This document shows, in pieces, positions 28,889-37,554 of a DNA stretch of 64,000 bases. Source of the DNA: Bdellovibrio sp. (GTDB lineage Bacteria > Bdellovibrionota > Bdellovibrionia > Bdellovibrionales > Bdellovibrionaceae); contig JAKFBS010000001.1 in assembly GCA_036677065.1 (NCBI GenBank), forward strand, positions 480,001 to 544,000. The letters are read 5' to 3'. The notes under the pieces were generated by a model that saw nothing but the letters and a program-made list of their open reading frames with translations, had not been told where the DNA came from and did no database searches. Numbering within the stretch: position 1 is the stretch's first letter; the number at the start of each line of letters is the position of its first letter. Made by a program: the position numbers and the translations under genes.

Positions 28889-28904
28889 AGGCACCATTCT
28901 TGCG
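28889..28904 (+). promoter_or_regulatory. sigma54-type -24/-12 promoter
   Basis: AGGCACCATTCTTGCG (GGCAC-N5-TTGC), upstream of the pfpI-like gene. Confidence 0.6.
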
Positions 28905-28911
28905 AATACTT

Positions 28912-28931
28912 CTGCTGAACTAGTTCAGCAG
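28912..28931. promoter_or_regulatory. Perfect 20-bp palindrome abutting the RBS
   Basis: CTGCTGAACTAGTTCAGCAG, overlapping AGGAGG at 28930-28935. Confidence 0.65.
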
Positions 28932-28939
28932 GAGGACTT

Positions 28940-29539
28940 ATGCATCCCATCAGAGGAAAACGAATCGCTATTTTAGCAACAGATGGCGTCGAATTTTCAG
29001 AATTAACAAAACCCAAAGAATTTTTAGAAAACTACGAAGCTTTAACAGAAGTGATTTCATTAAAAGCGGGTTCTATTAAATCATGGAAAGATAAAAACTG
29101 GGGCGAAGATATTCCAGTCGATAACATCGTTACACAAGTCGATGCTGAAGACTATGATGCCTTGTTGTTGCCAGGTGGTGTAATGAATCCAGATATCTTA
29201 CGCATGAATGAAGCTGCGGTTCATTTTGTCAGTCAATTTGTAGATACCGGAAAACCAATCGGAGCCATTTGTCATGGTCCATGGGTATTGGTTGAAACTA
29301 ATATTCTGGAAGGCAGAGTCGTCACTTCATGGCCATCACTACAAACAGATTTATTAAATGCCGGAGCTAAATGGGTCGATCAAGAAGTTGTCTCTGATCA
29401 AGGTTTAGTGACCAGCCGAAAACCCGCAGATATTCCTGCCTTCTGTAAGAAATTTATGGAAGAAATTGCTGAAGGGCCGCATCGTCGCACCATTGGCGAA
29501 TTGTCACCAAAAGCTGAACACATACAGCGTAATCATTAA
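28940..29539 (+). CDS. PfpI/DJ-1 family (type 1 glutamine amidotransferase-like) protein
   Basis: ATDGVEFSE, LPGGVMNPD, AICHGPW and TSRKPADIPAF motifs. Confidence 0.93.
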   Translation: MHPIRGKRIAILATDGVEFSELTKPKEFLENYEALTEVISLKAGSIKSWKDKNWGEDIPVDNIVTQVDAEDYDALLLPGGVMNPDILRMNEAAVHFVSQFVDTGKPIGAICHGPWVLVETNILEGRVVTSWPSLQTDLLNAGAKWVDQEVVSDQGLVTSRKPADIPAFCKKFMEEIAEGPHRRTIGELSPKAEHIQRNH

Positions 29540-31032
29540 CGATTGATTTGCATGATCATGATTCCAGGGCCTGACTCAGGAGCTGGAACAGAATATGAGG
29601 CCGGAGATAAATCAGTTAATGCTCCAGTACTTTTATTTACTGAAAAGGCACTGATAGACGGCGAATCTAATGTATTACAAGTGTAGGCGTAATTTCCCGT
29701 AGTATCGATGCGTATGTCATTCGGCCCGCCAGCAGTTGTAACTTGTGATACACGAGAAAGTCCGCCGGTTGATGGGTTGATTGAATAGACAATGACACGC
29801 TTTCCATCAGGATCGGTGCGAGAAAAAGCTGTACCATAAAGAAATAAACCATCCGCAGAGACTGTTGAAGCCGAACCACCGTCGTCGGGAATCGTCGGAG
29901 ATCCATTATCAATCGGAGCTTCGATGGGTGTAAGAGCTCCGGTAGTTTGATTAATTTGCCAACCGGCTATTTTGCCTTGAGCATATAAACCCATATATAA
30001 CCATTGGCCATTTGGATGTATTGAAATGCCATCGCCGCGATTATGTGTGATTCCACCACCGAGAGTGTTTCTAAATGGCGAACCTTCAACAACTGATAAT
30101 GATCCTGTAGATTGATCGACGGTGAATGCAACTACACCGCTGCTAACAGCATTTGAAGATCCCGCAGCTGCAAATAAAAAACGACCATCAGATGAGCCTA
30201 CTAAACCATTAATACGAGCCGCACCAGAAGTTGAAAAAGGACTGCCCGTTAATCGTGTTAATGAGCCATCGGTTCCAACGGCGTATCCCGAAACATCATT
30301 TCCATAATAGTTCGAAACATATAAGTAAGATCCGCTAGGATGGGCGAACAATCCGTTAGGGCCTTTTAATCCTGTTGAGTCAGAATTTACGACGGCTCCT
30401 GAAGTTAGACGGCCTGTTAGTGGGTTAATTGAGAAGGTTGAAATTGTGCTCGAGGCAAAATCGGCTGCATATAAATATTTATTAGTAATACTCATGGCAA
30501 CGCCGTAAGTTCCGTTACCGCCGGTCGTGAAAGGACTACCAGACACAGAAAGTAAGGCGCCAGTCGTCGGATGTTGCGCGTATCCATAAACCTGGCCGGG
30601 AGAATTTTGTACACCTAAATATAAAAAAGAAGCATAAGAAAATTGAACTGTTGTTGCTGAAACACCCGCACCGATTGTGCTGTATTGATTATCAATGTTT
30701 TTTACTGAAATATCATAGACACCATTTTGACCTGGGCCGACGTTGCAATCAATTGTTGTGAAATCATCTGATATTACGACATCTTCACATTCATAGCTGC
30801 CAATAAAAACACGGGCCTTTTTATAAAAATTGGTTCCGGTAATTTGAATCGGGCAGCCGCCAGAAATACTGCAGTAAAGATCGCCACCGCCATTGGCTAC
30901 GATGTCATCGATAGTTGCTTGTGGTAAATCGCCAGGAGCAAAACTTTCAACTTCTTGAATTTTACTGCAATTAGCAAGAGTGAGTATTGTTGCAAGCGAT
31001 ATGATTGAGATAAAAATTAATTTATTAAACAT
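29536..31032 (-). CDS. Lipoprotein with IPT/TIG domain and lactonase-like 7-bladed beta-propeller
   Basis: Lipobox LANC; GG..IQITGTNF...VFIG (IPT/TIG); repeated IN/DxxTGxL..V.GSPF blades. Confidence 0.8.
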   Translation of the reverse strand: MFNKLIFISIISLATILTLANCSKIQEVESFAPGDLPQATIDDIVANGGGDLYCSISGGCPIQITGTNFYKKARVFIGSYECEDVVISDDFTTIDCNVGPGQNGVYDISVKNIDNQYSTIGAGVSATTVQFSYASFLYLGVQNSPGQVYGYAQHPTTGALLSVSGSPFTTGGNGTYGVAMSITNKYLYAADFASSTISTFSINPLTGRLTSGAVVNSDSTGLKGPNGLFAHPSGSYLYVSNYYGNDVSGYAVGTDGSLTRLTGSPFSTSGAARINGLVGSSDGRFLFAAAGSSNAVSSGVVAFTVDQSTGSLSVVEGSPFRNTLGGGITHNRGDGISIHPNGQWLYMGLYAQGKIAGWQINQTTGALTPIEAPIDNGSPTIPDDGGSASTVSADGLFLYGTAFSRTDPDGKRVIVYSINPSTGGLSRVSQVTTAGGPNDIRIDTTGNYAYTCNTLDSPSISAFSVNKSTGALTDLSPASYSVPAPESGPGIMIMQINR

Positions 31033-31622
31033 TAATTTCTCCCGCTTTTAAAATTGGATAACATTAATCCCACTGAAAATCTATTCATCGTAACATCGGC
31101 ATCAGAAAGACTTTCATTGTAAGTTGTCGCCGAATAATCCACGACTAAACCGATTTCTTTGCGCAATTGGGCGGTAACTTGAACGCCGTAAGCGAAATTA
31201 CTTTTGTAAGCAGAACTTTCGCCGTTGCCGGTGGTTTTGGTGAGTTTAAAGTCATTGCTTGGTTTTAAGATGATTCCGCCGCTGTATTTGCCGTTGAAGT
31301 ACTCGATACGAAGGCCTGCGTTAGTTTCTTTACCTGTTAGATTAGTAAAATTCACTTCAGAGGGGCTCGTAGTTTGATTCACGATAACGTATTCGTAATT
31401 TAAACCAAACCTAAGTTTTTTGTAGTTATAACCGAAAAAAGCAGCGATCGGAAAATACTGCATCGAGCGCTCTGGAGCTAAATTATTTAAATCGCCATTT
31501 CCCATTTGACCTGATCCGAACATCGCCATGATTCCGTACGAATAATTACCACTTCGCTGCGCGAGCGAAAGCGACGGCATAGCCAGAACTAGTATGAGTA
31601 AAATCCTTTTAAAACTGCACAC
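31032..31622 (-). CDS. Putative outer-membrane beta-barrel protein (paralog of 1244..1873)
   Basis: Signal peptide and amphipathic strands; the stop overlaps the start of the propeller lipoprotein. Confidence 0.6.
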   Translation of the reverse strand: MCSFKRILLILVLAMPSLSLAQRSGNYSYGIMAMFGSGQMGNGDLNNLAPERSMQYFPIAAFFGYNYKKLRFGLNYEYVIVNQTTSPSEVNFTNLTGKETNAGLRIEYFNGKYSGGIILKPSNDFKLTKTTGNGESSAYKSNFAYGVQVTAQLRKEIGLVVDYSATTYNESLSDADVTMNRFSVGLMLSNFKSGRN

Positions 31623-31665
31623 CTAGTTATCAGTATAAATCTAAATTGGTTACATCACAAATTTG

Positions 31666-31680
31666 GTCTCTATTTGAGAA
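31666..31680. promoter_or_regulatory. Palindromic 6-3-6 site GTCTCT-ATT-TGAGAA
   Basis: Two mismatches from GTCTCA-N3-TGAGAC, in the divergent intergenic region. Confidence 0.45.
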
Positions 31681-31773
31681 CAAGCGCCCTGCACCAAAGG
31701 CTAGGTATAAAGATACCCGAACGTCTAAAGATGTACTTAAATAGTGGGGTAAAGATTTACAACAGGATGTTTA

Positions 31774-34700
31774 ATGAAAAAGATCAAAAGTTTTTTTGGT
31801 AATTTGTTCGCGCTTATCTTTGGAAATGTTAATTATACCAAACCAGTCTGGCTGCAAAAAATATTTGATCTAGCAAAAGTAAATCCACAAAAGACAAAAA
31901 AGTTTTTTATTACTTTGAGTGCGGTTGTTGTGACGATAGTCGGAGTCTTCTTATCTAAAAATTATTATGACAATTTACCTAAACCAAACGCAGTCTCGTC
32001 TCGCGTAGGTCAGATATATTCTTACAACCACGTCCAGCCTGAACCACGCTCTTTGTATATAACATTCAATAAATCAGCGGCTTCAGTAGATATGATTGGT
32101 AAACCTATCGCTGACGGCATTAAATTAAAGCCAGAAATCAAAGGTCAGTGGGTTTGGGCTTCTGATAAAGAATTAAAATTTACGCCGATCATGGAAAAAG
32201 GTAAAAGTGAATGGCCGATCGGGCAGAAATTTAGCGGAACAATTTCGAAAAAAATTCTTGGTCCAAATATAATTTTACAAGATTATGATTTTAAATTTGA
32301 AATTGATCCGTTAAAGGCAAATAGCAGCAGCAGCGGTTTTCATCAAGATCCACGCTTTGCTGAAAATAAAAAAGTAATCACAACATTTCATTTTAATTAT
32401 CCTGTTGATCCTGAATCAGTAAAAAAACGCCTGAGTTTAATGGAAAAAACTGATAACGGTATCGAAGGCCGTTCAAATTTAGAATTTTCAGTTTCATTTG
32501 ATGAATATAAAACTAATATGTATGTGCAATCTGCTAATCTTAAGATTGGCAATAGCAACGTGGTTTATCGTTATGTGATTGCAAAAGGTTTTAATTCACC
32601 ATTAGGTGGTGAATCAGTAGCTGAGGCCGATGCATCGATTCGAGTGCCATCGCTGTATGATTATTTTAAAATTACTAATGCTGCAATTGTTATAGCACGT
32701 AATGAAAAATTTGAATCTGAACAGATTTTGCGTTTTGAAAACGTCGCTGAAATTGCTTCTGAAGAATTATTTAAATCGATCGAAGTTTTTGAATTGCCAT
32801 TCTTACTGGATAAAAACGAAAAAAAGAACACCGCTTACCCATGGGAGAGCGTGTCTGAAGTGACTGAAGAGGTCTTGAAAAGATCGAAAAAATTAGTTTT
32901 AACGACAATTCCATCAGAGCAGTTAGTTTCATTAGAACATTCTTACAAGTTTAATTCTCAACCCGGCAGATCGCTGTATGTGCGTATTCCGCGCGAAACC
33001 ACCTCATTTGGCGGCTTTAAATTAAAAGATGATTTTGAAAAAGTGATTTCGGTTCCACAATACCCATCAGATTTGCAAATCATGGGTAAGGGCTCGTTAT
33101 TGCCGTTAACAGGCAGTAAACAGCTTTCTTTAGTTTCGCGTAATTTAAATAAAATCACTTATCAAATTCACCAAGTTCGCCCAGAACATGTGAATCATTT
33201 GATTCCATCGTTAGTTTATGAATTTTCTAAACCCGATATTTATGATATTCGCCCGGATCGCATTGCTGAACGTTTTAGTGGTGATATCCCGTTAATTAAT
33301 AAAAATCCGCAAAAAACACAGTTTAGCTCGATTGATTTAGGGGCTTATTTAACCGGAAATAAAAAAGGCTTATTTTTAATTTCGATTCAATCGAAAGATT
33401 CAGCGGCCTATGTTGATGACCGTCGCTTTGTGATTTTATCTGATTTAGGCTTAATCGTGAAAAAAACCGTTGCCGGTGGTTATGAAGTGTTCGTGCAAAA
33501 CGTAAGTACTGGCTTACCGGTTGTAGGAGCTAAAGTTAGCGTACTGGGCCAAAACGGCATTAGCGTTTTAACGGTAGATACCGGAGCGAATGGTTCTGCT
33601 GAATTTCCGAATTTAAAAGATTTTAAATATGATAAAGAGCCGATTGCATTCACCGCCCAGCAGGGTGATAGCATTTCGTTTGTACCATTTAATTCATATT
33701 CACGTGAAATTGATTTAACTTCGTTTGATATTGGCGGCGCCCGCGATTCATCTGAATCAGATCAATTAAATGCCTATATGTTCTCGGATCGCGGTATTTA
33801 TCGCCCAGGCGAAAAAGCTGATTTCGGTATTATCGTTAGATCTAAAAACTGGGGAAAATCTTTTTCGCAGATTCCAGTGGATATCATCATTACTAATCCA
33901 ACAGGCCAAGAAATTTTTAAACAAACTTTAAAAGTCAGTTCAAATGAAATCGAAAGCGTAAATTTTAAAACCGAAGATTATTTTGAAACCGGAAGTTATT
34001 CGATCATGGCTTATATCAAGCAACCGGATAAATCTGTGGTGATGATCGGAAGCACAGCTTTTCAAGTCGAAGAATTTTTACCTGATCAAATCAAAGTGCG
34101 CACAACTTTATCACAAACTGAAACAGATGGTTGGGTAAAACCGAAAGATTTAAAGCTAAATTTAACCGCTTTTAATCTTTACGGAAAACCCGCCAGTGAA
34201 AGAACGGCGCGCTCAAAAATTCGCATTAAAGCCACGGATGTGTATTTCAAAAAATGGAAAGATTATTACTTTAATGTGCCCAAACCTTCGCAAATTGAAA
34301 TCAATGATAGTCTGCCGGATGTAAAAACTAACGAAAACGGTGAAGCTGAATGGAAGCTTAGCTTTGAGCAGTTAGAAAGATCTTTATACCGTTTAAATAT
34401 TGATTCTGAAGTGTTTGAAACCGAAGGTGGTAAAAGCGTTAAATCTCAATTAAGCCAGCTTATTTCGGATCAAGATTATTTATTGGGATACCGTTCTGAT
34501 TTATTAGACCTATCATTCATTAAAAAAGACACTGCAGCTCAAATCGATATCTTAACAGTGGATTCCAAGTTAAACCCGGTAGCTGTCAGTAACATCATCG
34601 TTGAACTGATCGAGAAAAAGCCAACGTCAGTGTTAATGAAGCTTCCGAATGAAACTTATGCTTATCAGACAGTGTATAAACAGACAGTTTTAAAAACTTA

Positions 34701-37554
34701 TAAGCTAGCTACGGCTGCAAAAGCGACAAAGTTTAAACTTGAAACCGCGCAAGTGGGTGAATATGTCTTAGTTTTTAAAGATGAGCAAAAAACCGAATTA
34801 AATCGCCTGGCTTTTAACATCGTTGGAACCGCCGACATAGAACGTGGTTTAGAAAAATCATCTATTTTAAAATTAGGTTTAAATAAAAAAGATTATAAAC
34901 CTAATGAAGAAATCGAAGTTCAGATTAAATCACCTTATGTAGGTGCTGGTTTAATCACGATCGAACGCGATAAAGTTTATGCCCGCAAATGGTTTAAAAC
35001 GACCAGTAAAAGCACGGTCGAAAAAATCCAGATACCAGCAGGTTTAGAGGGCCAAGCTTATATCGTCGTGACGATGCTTCGTGATGCTAAATCTGAAGAG
35101 ATCTACACATCACCTTTAGCCTACGGGGCAGCTACTTTTGCTATTGATTTAGAAGCTCGCCGTTCAAAAATTGAAATCACAGCTCCTGATGTTGTAAAAC
35201 CTGGTGAAACGTTAAGTTTTAAAGTTAAAACCGAACATAATACAAAAGCCGCAATTTATTTAGTGGATGAAGGCATTTTACAAGTTGCGAATTATAAATT
35301 ACCAACGCCATTGAATTACTTTTTCCAGAAAAAAGCCTTACAAGTTAATACCTATCAGATTCTAGATTTAGTGATGCCTGATTTTAATCAAGTGTTGCCA
35401 AAAGCAGCCGGTGGCGATGAAGGCTCAAATCTAGGTCGCAGCCTTAATCCTTTTAAACGTAAAAACCTGCCTCCGGTGGCTCATTGGGTAGGAGTTGTAG
35501 AATTAACCGATAAATGGGCGGGCTTTCAATATAAAGTGCCTGATCATTTTAACGGAAATCTAAAAGTAATGGTCGTAGCTGCTGATGATAAAAAATTAGG
35601 GTCAGACAGTGTCGATGTTAATGTGCGCGGTGATTTTATTATCAATGCCACGGCAACCACATTTACCGCGCCGGATGATGAGTTTGAAGTTAACTTGATT
35701 ATCGCAAATCAGCTTAAAGGTAGCGGTGCCGAGGCCCAAGTTGAAATGAATGTTGAAAGTGCTGAAGGTTTTACGATTGTGGATAAAGGTGCGGATAAAA
35801 TTCCGATTCCTGAAAATAAAGAAAAAAGCTTTAATATCCGTGCAAAAGCCACAGATAAGCTAGGTTCATTTCCAATTACTGTAACCGCAGGCATCGGCGC
35901 AAAAAAATCTAAAGTAGAAATCCAAGTTTCAAATCGCCCGGCAGTGCCTTACCAACAGACGCTGCAGTGGATGATTGTGCAGGATAAACCGGTTGAAATT
36001 GCTGTGGTAAATGACAAAAAGCCAGAATTTAGAAAAAACTATATTCAGCTGCACACGTCAATTAATGATCTTGTAAAACCATTCACGGCTTTCTATGAAG
36101 TGAATGATTATCTGTGCTCAGAACAAATCGCCAGTCAATTAGTGGCCCTTGTGCAAAAAAGCGATAAAACAAAAGATGAAACGCAAAAAATTAATAAACT
36201 GATCGCTCTTCTGCGGGCGCGCCAGCATACATCGGGTGCATTTGCTTTGTATCCAGGTGAAGGCCCAGCCAACTTAGATGTGTCGTTGCACTTGGGAATG
36301 ATTTTTTTATATATGCAAGAAAAAGGCGAACCTATTCCTGAAGATATGTGGAAGCGCTATGTACAAAGCTTAAAATCTGATTATAACGAAACCCAATCAA
36401 GAATGGATTTATTTCGTAAAACAAAAGCCATCTATTTATTGGTGCGTTCGCAGTATATTCAAAAAGAAGATCTTAAAAATATGGCCACCTTGGTAAAAGA
36501 CAAAACGGCAAAAAAAGATTTCTCTGAAACTGCAGCCCAATACTTAGCGGCCAGTTATAAAATGGCGATGCAAGATGATTTAAGCCAAAAAGCATTTACT
36601 TTGAGCCAGGAAAATAAAGCTGTGAGCTTAGAAAACAGTTATATTTTTCCGCAGTCTGAAGTATTTGAAAATTTCGCCTTAGCGATTAAACATTTTCCGA
36701 ATAAAGCTAATGATGTTTTTACATCAAAAGCTTTTTTTAGTGTGATCGAAGCTGCAAACCGCGGGCAAATGAATACATATTCTGCCAGCTACTTGTTAAT
36801 GAGCTTAGACACATTAATGAAATCTGGATCTGCAGCGGCGAATATCGAAAAGCTCAAATTTACGGCTATCGACAGTGCTGATAAAAAATCTGATCTTAAA
36901 TCGAATAAAAAAATAGATCTGCTAGAAACTTATAAAAAACTAGTGATTGAAAATGCAGGCAGCCCAGTTCTCTTAACGTATGTAAATGGCGGTTTTACAA
37001 AAAGTGAAGCAATGAAGCAAAACTACCAAGGTATTGAGATCTCGCGCACCTTTGAATCTGCGGATGGTAAAGTGATCAACTCAGCTGCATTAGGCGAAGA
37101 AATCACGGTTAAAATCAGAACTCGTGTTACCCGTGATGATATGTCGTCAGTGGTGATCATGGATTTATTACCGGCTGGTTTTGAAGTGGTGATGGATTCA
37201 ATCAGAAAACCAATTGATTCATACTCGCCAGGTGATGAAGGCGGCGAAGAGGTGCCACCAGAAGAATATGAAGAAGGCGAGGGCGAGGGTGCATCAAACT
37301 GGCCGGTGCAATTATTACTAAATAAGGCCTATGCGCAAACTTCTTCAATTTCACCGATGAATACTCAGCTAGTCGATGTGCGCGAAGATCGCGTAAATAT
37401 TTATGCGATGATTGGTAAAGATATGGTCGAATACACTTATAAAATTAAAGCTGTATCAAAAGGCCGTTTTAAAGTACCGGGTGTTTACGCAAAAGGTTTA
37501 TACCGCACAGATTTAATTGGCCAAGGCGATTCGGGGCAGATTGAAGTTAAGTAA
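31774..37554 (+). CDS. Bacterial alpha-2-macroglobulin
   Basis: 1926 aa with SDLGL, FSDRGIYRPGE, VEEFLPD, VDEGILQ, thioester-type CSEQ, DLLPAGFEV and DVREDRV; followed by pbpC. Confidence 0.93.
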   Translation: MKKIKSFFGNLFALIFGNVNYTKPVWLQKIFDLAKVNPQKTKKFFITLSAVVVTIVGVFLSKNYYDNLPKPNAVSSRVGQIYSYNHVQPEPRSLYITFNKSAASVDMIGKPIADGIKLKPEIKGQWVWASDKELKFTPIMEKGKSEWPIGQKFSGTISKKILGPNIILQDYDFKFEIDPLKANSSSSGFHQDPRFAENKKVITTFHFNYPVDPESVKKRLSLMEKTDNGIEGRSNLEFSVSFDEYKTNMYVQSANLKIGNSNVVYRYVIAKGFNSPLGGESVAEADASIRVPSLYDYFKITNAAIVIARNEKFESEQILRFENVAEIASEELFKSIEVFELPFLLDKNEKKNTAYPWESVSEVTEEVLKRSKKLVLTTIPSEQLVSLEHSYKFNSQPGRSLYVRIPRETTSFGGFKLKDDFEKVISVPQYPSDLQIMGKGSLLPLTGSKQLSLVSRNLNKITYQIHQVRPEHVNHLIPSLVYEFSKPDIYDIRPDRIAERFSGDIPLINKNPQKTQFSSIDLGAYLTGNKKGLFLISIQSKDSAAYVDDRRFVILSDLGLIVKKTVAGGYEVFVQNVSTGLPVVGAKVSVLGQNGISVLTVDTGANGSAEFPNLKDFKYDKEPIAFTAQQGDSISFVPFNSYSREIDLTSFDIGGARDSSESDQLNAYMFSDRGIYRPGEKADFGIIVRSKNWGKSFSQIPVDIIITNPTGQEIFKQTLKVSSNEIESVNFKTEDYFETGSYSIMAYIKQPDKSVVMIGSTAFQVEEFLPDQIKVRTTLSQTETDGWVKPKDLKLNLTAFNLYGKPASERTARSKIRIKATDVYFKKWKDYYFNVPKPSQIEINDSLPDVKTNENGEAEWKLSFEQLERSLYRLNIDSEVFETEGGKSVKSQLSQLISDQDYLLGYRSDLLDLSFIKKDTAAQIDILTVDSKLNPVAVSNIIVELIEKKPTSVLMKLPNETYAYQTVYKQTVLKTYKLATAAKATKFKLETAQVGEYVLVFKDEQKTELNRLAFNIVGTADIERGLEKSSILKLGLNKKDYKPNEEIEVQIKSPYVGAGLITIERDKVYARKWFKTTSKSTVEKIQIPAGLEGQAYIVVTMLRDAKSEEIYTSPLAYGAATFAIDLEARRSKIEITAPDVVKPGETLSFKVKTEHNTKAAIYLVDEGILQVANYKLPTPLNYFFQKKALQVNTYQILDLVMPDFNQVLPKAAGGDEGSNLGRSLNPFKRKNLPPVAHWVGVVELTDKWAGFQYKVPDHFNGNLKVMVVAADDKKLGSDSVDVNVRGDFIINATATTFTAPDDEFEVNLIIANQLKGSGAEAQVEMNVESAEGFTIVDKGADKIPIPENKEKSFNIRAKATDKLGSFPITVTAGIGAKKSKVEIQVSNRPAVPYQQTLQWMIVQDKPVEIAVVNDKKPEFRKNYIQLHTSINDLVKPFTAFYEVNDYLCSEQIASQLVALVQKSDKTKDETQKINKLIALLRARQHTSGAFALYPGEGPANLDVSLHLGMIFLYMQEKGEPIPEDMWKRYVQSLKSDYNETQSRMDLFRKTKAIYLLVRSQYIQKEDLKNMATLVKDKTAKKDFSETAAQYLAASYKMAMQDDLSQKAFTLSQENKAVSLENSYIFPQSEVFENFALAIKHFPNKANDVFTSKAFFSVIEAANRGQMNTYSASYLLMSLDTLMKSGSAAANIEKLKFTAIDSADKKSDLKSNKKIDLLETYKKLVIENAGSPVLLTYVNGGFTKSEAMKQNYQGIEISRTFESADGKVINSAALGEEITVKIRTRVTRDDMSSVVIMDLLPAGFEVVMDSIRKPIDSYSPGDEGGEEVPPEEYEEGEGEGASNWPVQLLLNKAYAQTSSISPMNTQLVDVREDRVNIYAMIGKDMVEYTYKIKAVSKGRFKVPGVYAKGLYRTDLIGQGDSGQIEVK

